Assembly: GCA_009103225.1 (NCBI GenBank)
Contig: RHPI01000003.1
Span: 404,900 to 468,899 of the forward strand
From: Chlorokybus atmophyticus
Lineage: Eukaryota > Plantae > Mesostigma and Chlorokybus algae
DNA length: 64,000 bases
Direction: 5' to 3'
Position 1 is the first letter of the stretch; every line of letters begins with the position of its first letter. This document shows, in pieces, positions 12,960-26,991 of the stretch. The position numbers were made by a program, and so were the translations under genes. A model generated the notes under the pieces. The model worked only from the letters and a program-made list of their open reading frames with translations, ran no database searches and was not told the DNA's origin.

Positions 12960-13790
12960 CGGCCCTAACGACAAAGGTCGCCGTCTACCTTGCTATAGGC
13001 ATGTGATCGTTCCTGCTGTTGGCCTCCCTCGGTGTAAGACCAACATGGCTGGTATTATTTTGTAATGCAGAATGAAACCTAATTGATCAACTTGAAATTG
13101 GTTGATGTTCATGGGTACTTATACTATTGGTACATACCAATTGTCATACGAATGGTCGGTGTGTGACAAGCATCTACAAGAAGTACGTGGCAGATGCAAC
13201 ACATTTGGAGTCAAAATAAACATTGCAGTAATAAGCACAATAATACATTATCGATGTGTAATATACGAGATTGACATGTTTTATGATTTGAAACTGCAAA
13301 TGAACATGAACGCCAACATGATGATACTTGCTAGTAAATAAATAATATGATATTCGAACAAACTATACTAATACGTTGATCTTAATGTAAATACAAAGCA
13401 GTGCATGAACGACGATATTTTGCACTCAACCATTACACACTCGCATGGTAATCACAGTGTTTACAACGTATATCCATCAAGAACATTATACATGTCGCGC
13501 ATTTTCAGTACCCTCTCATGTTAAGGCCATTTCTCCATGATACAGCTCTGGTTGTATGCAAAATCTTACAGTGCCAATGAAGCATGCGATGTGGTGCAAT
13601 AAATCTCACTGTCGTTACTCATAGCATTATCAAAGTCTGCGAACTATACAATTGTCTTTACTCGTCTTTAAGAAAGAAGGAGAGCTAAGGCTTGACGGGT
13701 CAAAAGGCTATTCAGCTTTACATACTAACAGTAGCCGATGGTTGTTCAAGTGCATGGGGTGTGTCCGTATTCGTTTTTCCATCTTGATCA
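12960..13790. other. AT-rich non-coding island, possibly a repeat relic; unassigned
   Basis: Lower GC than the flanking genes, no assignable ORF and no termini identified. Confidence 0.3.
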
Positions 13791-14053
13791 GGATTTCATA
13801 GCGTTGACACGTTGGGTTGGCAACAAGTGTGCTGACCGATGCAGTTGTGTGGCAATTGTGTCACAACATGGACCATAGTGCCAAACATGCACAAGCACCA
13901 TTGAACAACAAGAGGTTGCGCTGCATAAACTAATGGCAGCGCTCGAGCACGATGTGCAAATGGCTCAGGATTGCACACAACTGTGGAAAGGCCTCCCCTT
14001 TTGACAGCGAGGAACGTGCCAAGATGCTGTCCATCACAACTCGTGTTATGCAC

Positions 14054-17000
14054 TCAGTATCTACGCGCTGTGGCAATGGTAAACAGAGTAGTTTTCTTCC
14101 CCTTCTTGCCCGAACTCGTGCTGCCAGCCTGCTGCGGATGGGACTGCGCCGGTGAGGTGCCGCTCATGCTACCGCCCCCGCTGCTGCCTATGCTGCTGGG
14201 ATTGACGGGTTGAGCCCACACACCCTGCATAGCACAACTCAATACAATGTGCCCTTCCAATGGTGCATGTCATAGTGAGGGCATGCCATTGAATTAGCGG
14301 CAGTGCAAAAGATGAAGCACCTGTAATGATGGTGGGCTCGCTGCTTGCGTGGCGGGGATGAGCACGGGCGCACTTGCGCCAGAAGCGTATCCCATCCGCG
14401 CCACACGTGAGAAGGACGGCATGCCTGGTGTTGCTGGAGATGAACCCGCAACGGCCTCGTGAGGCGCTACACACGCACAAGTTGTCAATGCAATGAAGAC
14501 AAAATCTTGCATGCATGAGGCTGAGACAAGCACAGGGAACTACTCCCTCGCTTGAGCGACATGGTGACTCACTAGAAATGTTGCTAAGCACTGTTTGCCT
14601 GAGCAAAACAATGAGTACTCCAACGATGTAGGCATGTACCTGCTTCAGGGAATGCATCAGGCGGCATCTGTTCTTGCTCAAGCTGCAATGCGCGCGTCGC
14701 TGCCATGGCAGCCACAAAGTCCGACGGGCTAGGCGGTGCCCGAGCCAGCCTCTCTTGCAACTCCATGTGCAGTGCATGTTCTTCTCGTTGCCTTTCCTGT
14801 GTACAACCCGTGTGTTATAACATTTGCTCAACACCATCAAGCATAACTGCCGCATACCCTTTGTGCATGGCGCCTACGTCGCTGGTCTCTACTTCTTATC
14901 TCTGTCTTGAATGACTGCAGCGCTGTGTCTGGGAGCACTCCAGACAAGTCCACCTCGCAGAGCTGCGGCAACAGAATTTCAGTTGTTGGTGTAATGCACA
15001 AAGAATGTAACTTGGCAGTACCACACTGTTTTCCACAACGTGCTTGACATGGTTGTAGGGAGTATCCAATATCCACTACAACAGGTTGTGGGCAAGCAGT
15101 GTTCGCGCAAGATCTTCAGGCTTGTTGACTGAATGGTTGTGACTGATCACCAACGAACCTGGAAGGATGAGGTGAGGGGCAAATGGGATAAGTACCGGTA
15201 ACGCCTGCGGGTGGCTTCCGACTGCACCTGAGGCTCCATTTCCAAGATGGTAGCCTCAAGTGTTGGTGGAAACTTTGCATAAGAAGAGTAGTGCTCCAAC
15301 AAGCACTTCACGTTGAGGGGATGCAGCACAAGGCGCTGCCCATCAGCAGCCTGGTAGAAGCGGAACTGATCCTGCAACTCTGGCTGCGGCTCTGCTGGTT
15401 TGGGCGTAAATGGCTTTGCTGCAGGATTTAGCGAAACACCGGCGGCCTCTACTTCACTTGGAGTTGCAAGGTCGTCTGCAAGCATATGTAACCATGAAGC
15501 AGTGCTGACAATCGACCGCTCACGCGCAGCCATAGAAACCCATCAACAACTACTATGGTCACTTGCCTGGTAGGTGTCCGCTGTCTTCATCTGACATTCC
15601 TTCCGTTTCAAAGGCCACCTCATTCAACCGACCGCTAAGACCATCAACAGGATCCTCCCTGCTGGCCAGGTCATTGTCATTGTCAAGGAGACCCTCATCG
15701 CCGGAAGCATCAAGGTATACACCCTCCCAATCGTCGGGTGTGCCCACTTGCTCAGGTATAGCATCTGCCATAGACAGCGTTGCTGGAGCACATTGATGCA
15801 GCCAAGCATGCAAGAGCATGATTGCACTTGAGCATCACCATGAGGGCAATAACAGTATGATACCTGGAATATCAGCGGCTGCAGAAGGCTGGGCATTTGG
15901 CTTTATGGGCACGGTCACAATGTGTGCGGATGTGCGTACAGGGATGCCTGTTGGGTATTCCAGGGTTCCCTGCATGTGCATCGTCCGCCGCTCTGACCAC
16001 CACCGTGACCGGCTCTAAGAGCAGCAGCATTCAGAAACGCACATATGCGTGCTTGTATTGCAGTCATGCAATGCATAACTAGCACAACAGTAAGGCATCA
16101 CCTTCAATGCGTCCACTGCCGCATGCAGATATGGCACATTAGACACATCCTCTCGCCCGGAGTACACTGCAGCTTGTGCATACTGCAGTACATGCTCATG
16201 GTCAGCTTGATGAGCAGTACTGTGCTTGGACAGCTACACTTCCTCAAACAGCAAGATGGTACACTGAGATGGGGGCACCAGTCGCTGAACTGACCTTCTC
16301 AAGGCGCTCTGCCTCTGTAGAGAACAACTGCGCTTCTGAATCTGTCACAGTCAACTTGGAGAACAGAGCGCACTGCCCGTCCACTGTGCGAGGACAGGTC
16401 AAGGTCTCTCTGCTGCCGTTCTTACTCGACTGTGCAGCACGCTCCACGTGTTCTTCAAGCTCGTCAACCGGAAAGGGTATGGCTAAGCCCTTCTTCCTAA
16501 CTAGCAACTGAAATCGCACTTTGCTACCAACTGTGAACCCCTGTACAGAAGTGATGCTCATAGAGCGCAAATCCTGGAGCGCAACTTAGCAGTCAGGCAA
16601 CAGATGCAACCACATGAGGGATGAACGACAATGTGTCCATCATCATCATCATCAACAACTACCTTGGATGATATTAAGGTAAAGCATAGAGGACACTTAT
16701 TCCAATCGCCTCCACCCATCCTGAGGTGCCGCAAGATGCATGCAAGGCAGAACACATGACCACAAGGCGTGATCTGCACAAACAGTAGCCACATGAGCTG
16801 CAATAACAGTGTCCAAAGGAAGAGGTCGCGCCTTTCAAGCCGATGCAGGTAGTGGTGTCAACTGCACTTGCCTGTTCAAAGGCTGGAGGGTTCAGGCAGA
16901 TAGGACACTGCACGGGTGCCGGCGCAAGCATGTGCACCTCAACAATGTCGTCCCAATCAGGCATACGATCAGCATTCAGCAAGCAATCGGCGTAGTCAGC

Positions 17001-17860
17001 GATGTCTGATACCAGAAACCTGAAGTTGGCCTGTTTAAAAGCAGATATTCAACAGGCCAGACACGCAACGTGACATCAACTAGTCAACCTTCACCGCATA
17101 TAGCATATAGCTGTTAGTGCAGGCAGCAGCTTCAAACAGTGCAGGGCTGACCTGCAAGAAGAGGTCCTTATCATAAGCACGGCGTACTTGACGCACAGGA
17201 CGACGTGCTGCGGGGCGCTGCTGAGGGCGCTCATACTGGAAGTTGAGCAGGTGATTTGCATTGCGCTCCGTAGAAGTCCGTCGCCTTCCTCGATCTGCAC
17301 AGCACACATGCGTATGTGTGCTGTGCAATGCAGTTTCAATTTTCATCAAGACACACTGGCTGTTTTCTTACGCATGGTCTTCTACGACAAACGATATACA
17401 ACACTACTGTGTCATGTCATGCACCAGACCTTAATGATGACATAGTGGGTGCAACGACAAATTGACTGTTACGCATGCCAGTACACCCATCTATGTAGTG
17501 TCAATATGCATACATGCACACGCCCACGTCTGCACTGAAGGCACTATGGTGCAGACCATGGCCGCACATGTGCATGGATTTGCGCACACACATGCGCTTG
17601 AGAGACTTCTGGTCCCAAGCACCTTGTTCTTGACGCACATCACGACCGCGGGCACTCTGCCGACGCCCTGCACCATTCAGTGGCTGTTGGGAGTTGGTGT
17701 ATATGCCGGACTGTCCTCCATTGTTATTACGCATCCCCTCGCTGCCCCGGTCTTGCCTGCCATCATGTTCGCCGGCTGCCCGTGATGTCGTTGGCTGGCT
17801 GCCTCTGTTTCCCGCCTCTGCAGAATGACCACTACTACTTGCAGCCTCTGCAAAGACCAT
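14054..17860 (-). CDS. RNF10: RING finger E3 ligase, RNF10/MAG2 family
   Basis: NANHLLNFQYER, YDKDLFLQ|ANFRFLV, PDWDDIVEV, RING CPICLNPP..ITPCGHVFCLACILRHL..WNKCPLC, FYQAADGQRLVLHPLNVKCLLEHY, RRRYRYLSHLPL, and the C-terminus KKGKKTTLFTIATARRY* at 14054. Confidence 0.9.
15476..15566 (-). other. GC-AG intron in RNF10 (91 nt)
   Basis: Donor CCAG|GCAAGT and acceptor TTGCAG|AC keep the frame (HLP-D-DLATP). Unspliced, the frame hits a stop, and the nearby GT gives the wrong frame. Confidence 0.75.
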
Positions 17861-18601
17861 AAGTGAGCATTAACAACTTCTGACCAGTGTCGTGTGGCAC
17901 ACTCACTGTGATACGGCTTACATGCCACTTGTGTAAGAGCACTATCCAGAGCAGAAGTAACTGTCAGGCTACTGCAATTGGCAGCGTGACTTGCAACTCA
18001 CACGGCAAGCAACTGGTGGCGTTTGGCTACTGCTGAGGCCAACTGGTCGGATATGGTCACATCTACTTCGCGAGTACACGCACTGAAGTCGCATATGCTG
18101 TTGAAACCACAATGGCGGATCTACAAGGTAAACCTAGCGAGGGTACCAAGTTGCTGCTAACACCGTTCATACTGAAAGGATGAAAGAAAGAAAACCCCAG
18201 AGAGACGGTGGAACTGGTTGTTGCATGCACTGCATTGGCACGACTACTATGCATCAGATTTTCAAGCTTGACGTAACGCTGGAAGCTTCCCAACTATTTG
18301 CAGGCTACAAGCAGCAGGCAACTGGCAAAGCAGAAGCCACATGCCAATCAGAAAAGAAGCCTTTCATACCTGCAGGGCTCAATGCAGCAGCCATGCCCGC
18401 CCCTATCCGCTCATGCAGTTTTGCAAAGAGGGAGCAAGCAGCTGTCGGGTCGTCAGCTGCTTGCAATCGGATCTAGCAATCAGCTATACCTAGCTCCTCC
18501 TTCTCCGCAGAAGCCTTCTCATCGTCCTGGTCGTCCTCCCGCCGCCGCCCCACAAGCAGCTAGCCCTCTCACTAAGACAATTTCAGCTAGCTTCAGCTTC
18601 G

Positions 18602-18611
18602 TTTAGGGTTT
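18602..18611 (+). promoter_or_regulatory. Telo-box-like motif TTTAGGGTTT in the CSN5 leader
   Basis: About 75 nt upstream of ATG 18686. The same 10-mer lies upstream of TOC34. Confidence 0.5.
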
Positions 18612-18685
18612 CAAACGCTGAAAGCAATGCAAAGCATGCCGAGGACAATGCTGCTGTGCTCTGCAAAAAGCAGCTTGGCGACAAC

Positions 18686-20752
18686 ATGGAGGCGGCGGGT
18701 AAGGGCATGGCGAGCTCTGGGCGCACGGCTCAGCAGCGGTGGGAGCTGGAGAACAACGTCGCCATCGACACTGACCTTTCAGAGGCGGACACCATCTTCA
18801 GGTATGACGAGGCGCAGCAGCTGGCGATCCAGCAGCACAAACCATGGAGCAAGGTGTGTACCAGTGTGTGGCAACGTTAATTTGGAAGGAAACAACCTGC
18901 ATGCATGACTTGGACTTCACCAAGCAGCTTACAGAGCATAACAGATGAATCCATCAGGTTGGGTGCGCTCATGGTGGTGCGCACCAAGCCTGTGACTGGT
19001 GTATGAGCTGCATTTGGAGGAGCTGCTGCATGCATTCTGTGTTCTCAGCAAACAAATTAAATATGCATATCACTGCCTGCTGTAGCATGGACGTCGCTGA
19101 GGTTTTGTGTCGTGCATGCGCTGCAATAGAGTCTGAGTGATGAGCGCAAGTGCTATTCACAAGTGCTATTCACAAGTGTGTTGTCTTCTTTGAGCAACGC
19201 AAGGTGCAGTAGTACTCAGCTAATCTGCAACTGCACATGCTGTGTCAACTTTTGTATGTGGATGCGTGTCTTGCCTGCGCATTACACTCTCCATGTTGCA
19301 TTCTGAATCGGTGTTATTTTCGAAGCCGTGTTGTTTGCCAGTGCCTCGTGATAGCGTTAGACCCCTGTGCATAGCTCATCTTCCTCTTTCACATCCTGCT
19401 ATGTGCCTTTTTAGGATCCGCACTACTTCAAGAAAGTAAGGATATCCGCGCTTGCGCTGTTGAAAATGACGATGCATGCGCGGTCTGGCGGCACGATAGA
19501 GGTAATGGGTATCATGCAAGGCAAAACCGACGGTGACACCATCATTGTGATGGACGCATTCGCCCTTCCTGTTGAAGGCACAGAAACCCGAGTGAATGCA
19601 GCGGTGCGTGACAGAGCGTTGTCTTTGCGTGGAAAACAAGCAAATGCAATGAAGCTTTGGCTCTCAGAGGTTGTGTTGTTGACTGTAATGGTGTAGGCAG
19701 ATGCGAACGAGTACATGGTTGACTACTCGACGACCAACAAGTTGGTTGGAAGGCTGGAGAACGTGATCGGTTGGTACCACTCCCATCCCGGCTACGGCTG
19801 CTGGCTCTCCGGCATTGACGTCAGCACGCAGATGCTGAACCAGCAATTCCAAGTACGACTAAGAGCCTTGCTGGTTTGCTGCTTGCAAGCGCATAGATAC
19901 ATGCACACATGCCGGTTGCTATGCGCTGGCTTGGGCAAGTTGGTTGCGACGATTACAACTATTGACGCACAGTGTTGTGTTACGATGGTGTTTGCAAAGA
20001 AGCTGTGAGGTGGCTGACTCCTCCATTGCAGGAACCATTTCTAGCGGTCGTCATCGATCCTACGCGAACAGCAGCGGCAGGCAAGGTTGAGATTGGTGTG
20101 TTCCGTACATACCCGCAAGGCTACAAACCGCCTGATGAGCCACCTTCCGAGTACCAGACCATCCCGCTGAACAAGATTGAGGACTTTGGAGTCCACTGCA
20201 AGCAGTACTACTCCCTTGACATTTCATACTTCAAGTCAAGCCTAGACTCCCACTTGCTGGACCTGCTATGGAACAAGTATTGGGTGAATACACTGTCCTC
20301 TTCGCCGCTGCTTTCCAATCGTGACTACGTTGCCGGCCAGATTTCAGACTTGGGTATGCTGTCCCACCTCAGTGAGAGCTTCTGTGTTTACATCAATGCA
20401 TGACACAGCTGTCTGTTATGGTACTGTTGTACTCATGTAACTGTCGTGCAGCGGAGAAGCTGGAGCAGGCTGAGAGCCATTTAGCACACAGCGGGCGAAT
20501 TGGGGGATTCTTCTTGCCACCACAAAGGAAGAAAGAGGTGACTTTTCACTCTCATACACTGTGGCTCGTAGTGTCTGTCACGGAGCATGACGATATCTTG
20601 TGCAGGAGGAGTCGCAGTTGGCAAAGATAAGCAGAGACAGCAGCAAGACCACTGTCGAGCAGCTTTGCGGGCTGATGTCACAGGTTATCAAGGATGCTCT
20701 GTTCAACACGAGACCGCCCGCTGTCGCTGGCCCCACTCCCATGGAGGGATAA
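18686..20752 (+). CDS. CSN5: COP9 signalosome subunit 5 (JAMM/MPN+ deneddylase)
   Basis: KPWSK|[47 protein letters not shown] motif [52 protein letters not shown]; stop at 20750-20752. Confidence 0.97.
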
Positions 20753-22124
20753 ACAGATTGCCCGCAAGACCACGCGTTGTTGTAGGGGAGCCGTTGTTTT
20801 GTTGATTGTGCAGGTTACATGCTGGGACATGGTCAGATGATGCATTGTACAGGAATATTGTGGACTAGCCACAGACAGGGACATCACAGGGCAACGTGCT
20901 GTTGCTGTGTGTCTCATTGTGCCAAGGCGTTGATTGTCTGTTGGTAGTTGCAGCAGTATCAATCACGTGCACAGCAAACAGCACACGTGAAGGGGGAGTG
21001 CAGTAGTGCCACGTCCATGTGCAGTCCTTATCAACCAATTGAGGGTTTGTTCAGAATCTCGAGTAATACCATTTCTGGGTGCAGTGGTGTCATCGCGCAT
21101 CAGGCGCAAAACAGACACCTTATCGCGCATTGCGTGCGGTCAATCTGCTGCAACTCTGTACTGCAAACGACTCAACCTGTCATGTGCTGTGTTGGTTCTA
21201 AAGTTTGTGAACACAGAGCCCGTGTGGGCAGGTAATACGCTACTAATACGCATGTATGCATGTCTAACGGGGAGGTCTAGACTAGTGTAGTGTAGTAAGG
21301 AACAAACAGTGTGTATAGCCCGGTGGTGGTGTTGTAATGTTCTTGCATGTTGCTGTTTGGCATGCTGTCAGTGAGGTCATGCATGTCTCCAACTACTGCC
21401 AGCATATCCTGTACACTACTGCCAGCATACCATGTACAGTTATTGCACAATTCAAGCTTCCAACCTGGCAGCTCTTCAGCCCTTGATCAGCTCCATCAAG
21501 CGCACGTTCCCATTATCATATTGGTCATTGCAATGGTTATAACGTATTGGCAACAAGAACAATCTACCACCAAGGGCCTTGTACCCAAAGGTAACAATGG
21601 TCATTGCAATGCCAAGGTACTAAAATGCTATGCAGCATGCTCACGCACGCGCTCACGCACACGCGCATGCACCAACGCACGTGCGCACACATGCTACCAT
21701 ATACTGCAGCGCCTCTCAACAAAGGTACCTGGCTGCAACACTGCCCTTTGCTGCAACAATGCCAAGTGAAAGGCATCACATTGGCAGAAAAGAACATCAA
21801 AGTTTCAGTGAAGACAACTTGACAGCCCATTGCATTGGTGACTGCGTTGTAGCTGTGTGCCATGTTTAGTATAGTTACGCAGCGCTACTGCATCCGGGTC
21901 CATGCTGCCGCATGCCACGACGACGAGTTTGCAAACAGTAAGTTGTCTGCATCTTTTCTGAATGCACTTACCGACCTTCAACTCCCAAGTCATGTTGCAA
22001 CGCATGGCGGCGCACGCAAGTAACATGTGCAAATATGATTAGTAGTGAGAACCAATGCGAGCAACGCCGACAGTTGCCTGCGTGGTGAAAGTCGAATGAA
22101 GCGCTGCTGCAAAAAGCGTGCAGG

Positions 22125-25100
22125 TCAACGAAGTTTATCCAAAGACTGTCTTCCTTCCCGCACAGCTGCAGCCGCCGCCCGTAGTGCAGCCACATCTACA
22201 GACTTATGCAGAGAAGTGACACTGTCGATGCTGTTCTGCCGCTTTGTTACCCTCTCCGCACTCTCACCTTGTTGCTGTTGCTGTCGATCATCAGGCACTT
22301 GTGTACTGCTTTGCTCAAGCGACTGCGACGGACTTGGGTAATCTTCAGGCACTTGTGTGTTGCTTTGCCAGCGTGTGCGGTGGGACTGTCGCGGCGATGG
22401 TGAAGCATTGAACGCAGAGTCTGTGCTCATGCTTGGCTGGAATGCATTCGCATCGAGCGACGACGGATTGCTGGACCAGACTTGACCTCGCTTTCGCTTG
22501 CTGCGTGCCAAGGGCCAATGTCGCCCGGACCCGTTGCGGGCCAGAGAGCCCTTGATGTCTGGGCTTGTGTCCCACTGGACACTGGACTCGTAGCTGGCGT
22601 ATACGCTGTGCGGGCGCCCTTTCTCTTCATCTGCGGGCTCGCTATCTCCATAATCGTCTGACTGTAAGACACAAATGCATGTCAACAGGCACATTCTCAA
22701 CAAGCATGGTGCAAGACTTCCAACAAAGCTGCGGAAGGCACGGAGTCGAAGGCATGCGCACAAAGAGCTTGTAGCCAGGCATTGGCTGTGTTGATCACTT
22801 ATGCACATAACGGGCTGCAAGCACAAACAACACTCATGCACATATTTACCTTGTAGCGTGAGAGCCCCGTGCTGTAATGTAATGACGGCGAGCCCACCTG
22901 CTGTGCACAATGCCAGCCAACACTTCAACAACGTGATAGTGCACACATCAAGACTCAGACCGTACAGCATTCTGATCTTGGTATACAGCATCAGTAGCAA
23001 GCAGTGTACTACCAGTAGCACCAACCTGTACGGGAACATCATAAAGACTATTCTTCATGCAGTCTGGGACATAAGCAGCGATGGCGTCATCGAGCCAATA
23101 CATGTCCTCTTCGCGCCGGGCCCACTCTCTTAGGTCTGCCTTCCGAGCCCGATCCACAGATAGATAAGTTGAAGCGTCAAGGAACCTCCTCCGGGTGATG
23201 TAATAAAAGGCGATTGTCATGACTGGGAGCGGAAGGAGGAATGGCGTCTGCTCAGCAAACATAGCAGCGTTGGTAATAGTTCAAATGCTTTGCTAAGAAC
23301 ATGTTGTCGAATGTCCACTTGTCATCAGCACGACAACATGTCATCTCTGAGCTCTGTATCAAGCACGAGTTGCAAAGCTGCGCAAGCCCAATAGCAGAGC
23401 ATGCTGTTTGCACCTGTCGTATGGATAACTTCAACGCGAATATCCCGATGATGGTAATCTGCATCACCAGAAGTGCGGCGATGATGCGATTGTGTATGAC
23501 TGGCCACATGCGCCCGCCAGACTCGAACTTGGTGACATGCGCATGCATGATCTGCGCATGTGTCAAGGTCAACAAAGCGCTTTCATGCCATGCTAATGAC
23601 GTTCGCCACCCCAACAGCAAGCAGGAGTACTTTGTCATTCACCTGGTTGCGCCAGATGAGATACCCCAACGCAAAATATCCCAGGACAAAGGGCAGCATC
23701 AGCGGGGCGATGATGCAAAAGTTGAGGCCAAGCACAAGGATGTTCAGGTGGTTGGGTGTGTGTCGATGATAGTCGATGTGCACGGCCTCAGGCTGCGGGT
23801 GACTTGGGACGCCAGGCACCTGAGATAAGTAAGATGCTATCAATCAACAATAGACATCCTCAGAACACTGAGCACTTGTTTCCGCAGTATGCAGACACAT
23901 GTTACCAACCATTCCACAAGACAAGAGTGAGCATAGACATGCATACACATGTTCATACAACGTGGCATACCGGCCGTTGGAATACATAGCGCAACGATAT
24001 CAAGGGGTGCAGCAGGAGCGGCGTGTATTGGATCAGCTCCAGTGGCATGAAGGAGAAGGAGCGCGTCACAACAAAGGTGATGAAGAACGACGATGCCGTA
24101 GGAATGGACGCTCCGAGTATGGTTACCAACTCTGCCGGATGATCAATAATGTACTGCAACTGAGAGAAAAGAGTGCCTGATAAGGTGTACCTGCCAGCCA
24201 ACATGCAGCATTAGCAGAAGTCCATTCATGCCAAGATCAAGTCTGTGGAGTTAGCCATGCCATACGCTGTGCATCATGCTTTCGTCAGCTCAGGTGACGT
24301 ACCCAATAAAGACATTGAACAGCAATATGTAAAAGAACTTGCTGAACGCCTGTCTTTGCAGTTGAGACAAGGAAATCCCCAGTTGAATCTTTGATACCCA
24401 AAGGGCGAATATGGGCACGAGCTTCAGAAACAACAGCAGAACCCAGGTGGCGAAAATCGCTCTCAGCACTGTCCCAACCACTGGCAGGGTGAGCAAGTTT
24501 CTCCATTGTTGGGACTGACCCTGCAATCATCAAGTGTTACGCCATTGACAGTTTAGCACATGCACGTCCACATTGCATGCTTAGGCCAACTGAGCATAGA
24601 CTACGACCAAGGCAGTCTTACCTTCAAAGTCTCTGTCAAGGCGGAGATGAGGGAAACACAACAGAGAAGAAAGAAGGGTTAGTGTCAGCACAAAGGCAGT
24701 GCAACACTGCCTGACAGTGCTTTTCTCAAGACATCAAAGGTTATGCTAGCCATCAGTTCAGTGTCCACTGATGTATGTACAGGAAACTTTGTCTGAATCA
24801 TGTAATGGCAAGTGCTAATGTGTGTCGAATGTCCTGTTGAAACTTTGGTGCTGACTTATACCTGGGTTTGTAAAGCCGGCGATGAACACTACTGGCACCA
24901 TGAAAAAGACAACAATAAAGAACATTGCTGTTCCGACCACTGCTCTGCGCAGCCCCAGCTCCCATTCCCGTTTCCTGCATGTGCAATGCCATGAGATACA
25001 GCAATGTACAACAGATCCTGTAGAACATACTGGGGTTAGCAGCTTGTACTGCCTTCCTGACTGTACCTGAGCCGTCGCCAGTACACATCACGCGGCTCCG

Positions 25101-26991
25101 GCGCTAACTGGACCCGCCAAGCATATCCATCACTAGTGTGAACAGCCTGTCAAGCGACAATAAGTGGTGTGCCTTCATATACTAACCACAGAGACAAGAC
25201 TACAGTCAGGATAGTGCACCTGAGCTGCAAGGGTGGCGGTGGTGCGGCTGCGAAACGTTATGACGGCACTCGGCATTCGAAGACACAGGATTGCATATGT
25301 CTGCTCAGCTTGCAGCTCGATCGTTGCCGTTTTCAGCTGTTGCGTGTAGCAATGTATAGAATCCACCTGCCATGTAAGTGATAGAATGGTAAGCTACACC
25401 TGTGCGAAAGCAGCATGCACCCCACCATGTTGAAAGGCATGGTGGTGAAGCACACAGGAATGGCAAGGCGCTTACCCTCGGGCCAAACCACCCAAGAAAG
25501 CCGGTCTTATGTGTTGGTCGACCAGATTGCTGATTGTCGTCATCATTGTGGCCAACTTGGTAACTCTTTTTCCGCGGTTGTCGAGGTGGAGTGCTTGTCA
25601 CCGGATGCTCAATCTCAAAGCGAGTGTATGCACTGCTTTGCCGTGCTGATCCTCCATCTTCAGGCAACTGCAATACAGCGACACACCTTGAGTACATCCA
25701 ACTCAGACCTTCTGACAGCAAGTAAATCTCATTGTTAACAATGATAGTGCAAACTGTGTAGCAAGAAGTAGGCTTTGGAGTACAGCCCCTGCATGCAAGC
25801 CAGACCTGGGCACTTTCGGCGACTTGCGCTGCTAGTATAGCCTCTGCACGATCGAGCTTCTTAAGCAATGCTTCTCGCCTTGCATAGGCGCTCTCTACCT
25901 GACACATGTGCACACATACAGTATGAGCACTGCATCGTGGTAACTTGCAGCTGACCACATCAATAACTGAACAGGTCAGGTAGTGTCAGAAAGAATTCCT
26001 TACAGAGCGCATGTCGACGACCCCACGATGCGCAACAAAGTCTCTTGGATACAATCTCCCAAAAAACTCCCGCGCGCCTTCAACGGCCCTCTGCTGATTG
26101 GTTATTGGTCTTGGAGGTATGTCAGTCACAATGATGGTGTGCTCCTGGGCACGTGTGTCTGCGCTTGCAAGGAAGCTGTTGCGGAGTTCTGTGAAATCCC
26201 TGTAGTACTGTCAACCATCGACAAACAGTTAATATGGGCAAGCAGCTGATCATGCAGTGCAGTGCAAGCAGCAGAAAGGCTGGCTTACTTGATACAGAAG
26301 TACAAATGTGTACAATGAAACCAGCCACGTCCCTAGACAATGCGCCCAGAGCTTGGAGCTTTTGGGGGGTATGTTTGACATGGTGAACTGTTCTAGAGCT
26401 GATTTTGCTTCTCCGGCTGAAAAATTGCCTGTTGCATTGATTGGAAGCAGCACTGGCAAGCAGTACAAGCTGTAGGCAACAATGCTTGATCAATTGACAA
26501 GGTTACAAACTGATAGCTATGACAGATGTACAAATAGAATGCGAATATAGTTAATTGGTGATTGCAACTGAGCGAACATACCTGCAACCAATGAATAGTC
26601 GCAGAGCGAAACTAAACAGTCGCATGTACATGACCGTGTCCAGGCCATCCCGTTGAAGTATGTCAGCTTCTGTTGGCTTCATTGAACAACTGCACACTAA
26701 CGCCAATCAGGAAGGCAGGCATACTCATCGTGCGCAGCGATGTACTCAGCTGCTGAGTACAAAAACGTCATCATAGACTACTTGTTAGTGAGGAAAAGTA
26801 TGAGCAGTAGGCACGTACCGAATCCAGCCAAACCAGGAATGAGAGCACGTTTCATCATGGTCGGGCCGCTTCAAGTAGATGTATGACGTTGACTTCCATC
26901 TTCTCAAGCCCATGAATGCCAACACAATGACCAAAAACACCGCCACATTGATGCCCACAGCTGCAAAGAACTGTGCCAACGTTTGTGCCAT
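22125..26991 (-). CDS. CSC1/ERD4 (OSCA/TMEM63) calcium-permeable mechanosensitive channel
   Basis: N-terminal TM FFAAVGINVAVFLVIVLAF, FTMSNIPPKSSKLWAH, HKTGFLGWFGP, AFSKFFYILLFNVFIG, LGASIPTASSFFITFVV, LGLNFCIIAPLMLPFVLGYFALGYLIWRNQ, FESGGRMWPVIHNRII; long disordered C-tail ending at 22125. Confidence 0.92.

Noticed and set aside
23253-23335. UGAUGA...CUGA pair in a CSC1 intron
   Set aside because: The D box abuts the 3' splice site, k-turn spacing is wrong, and there is no convincing rRNA guide.
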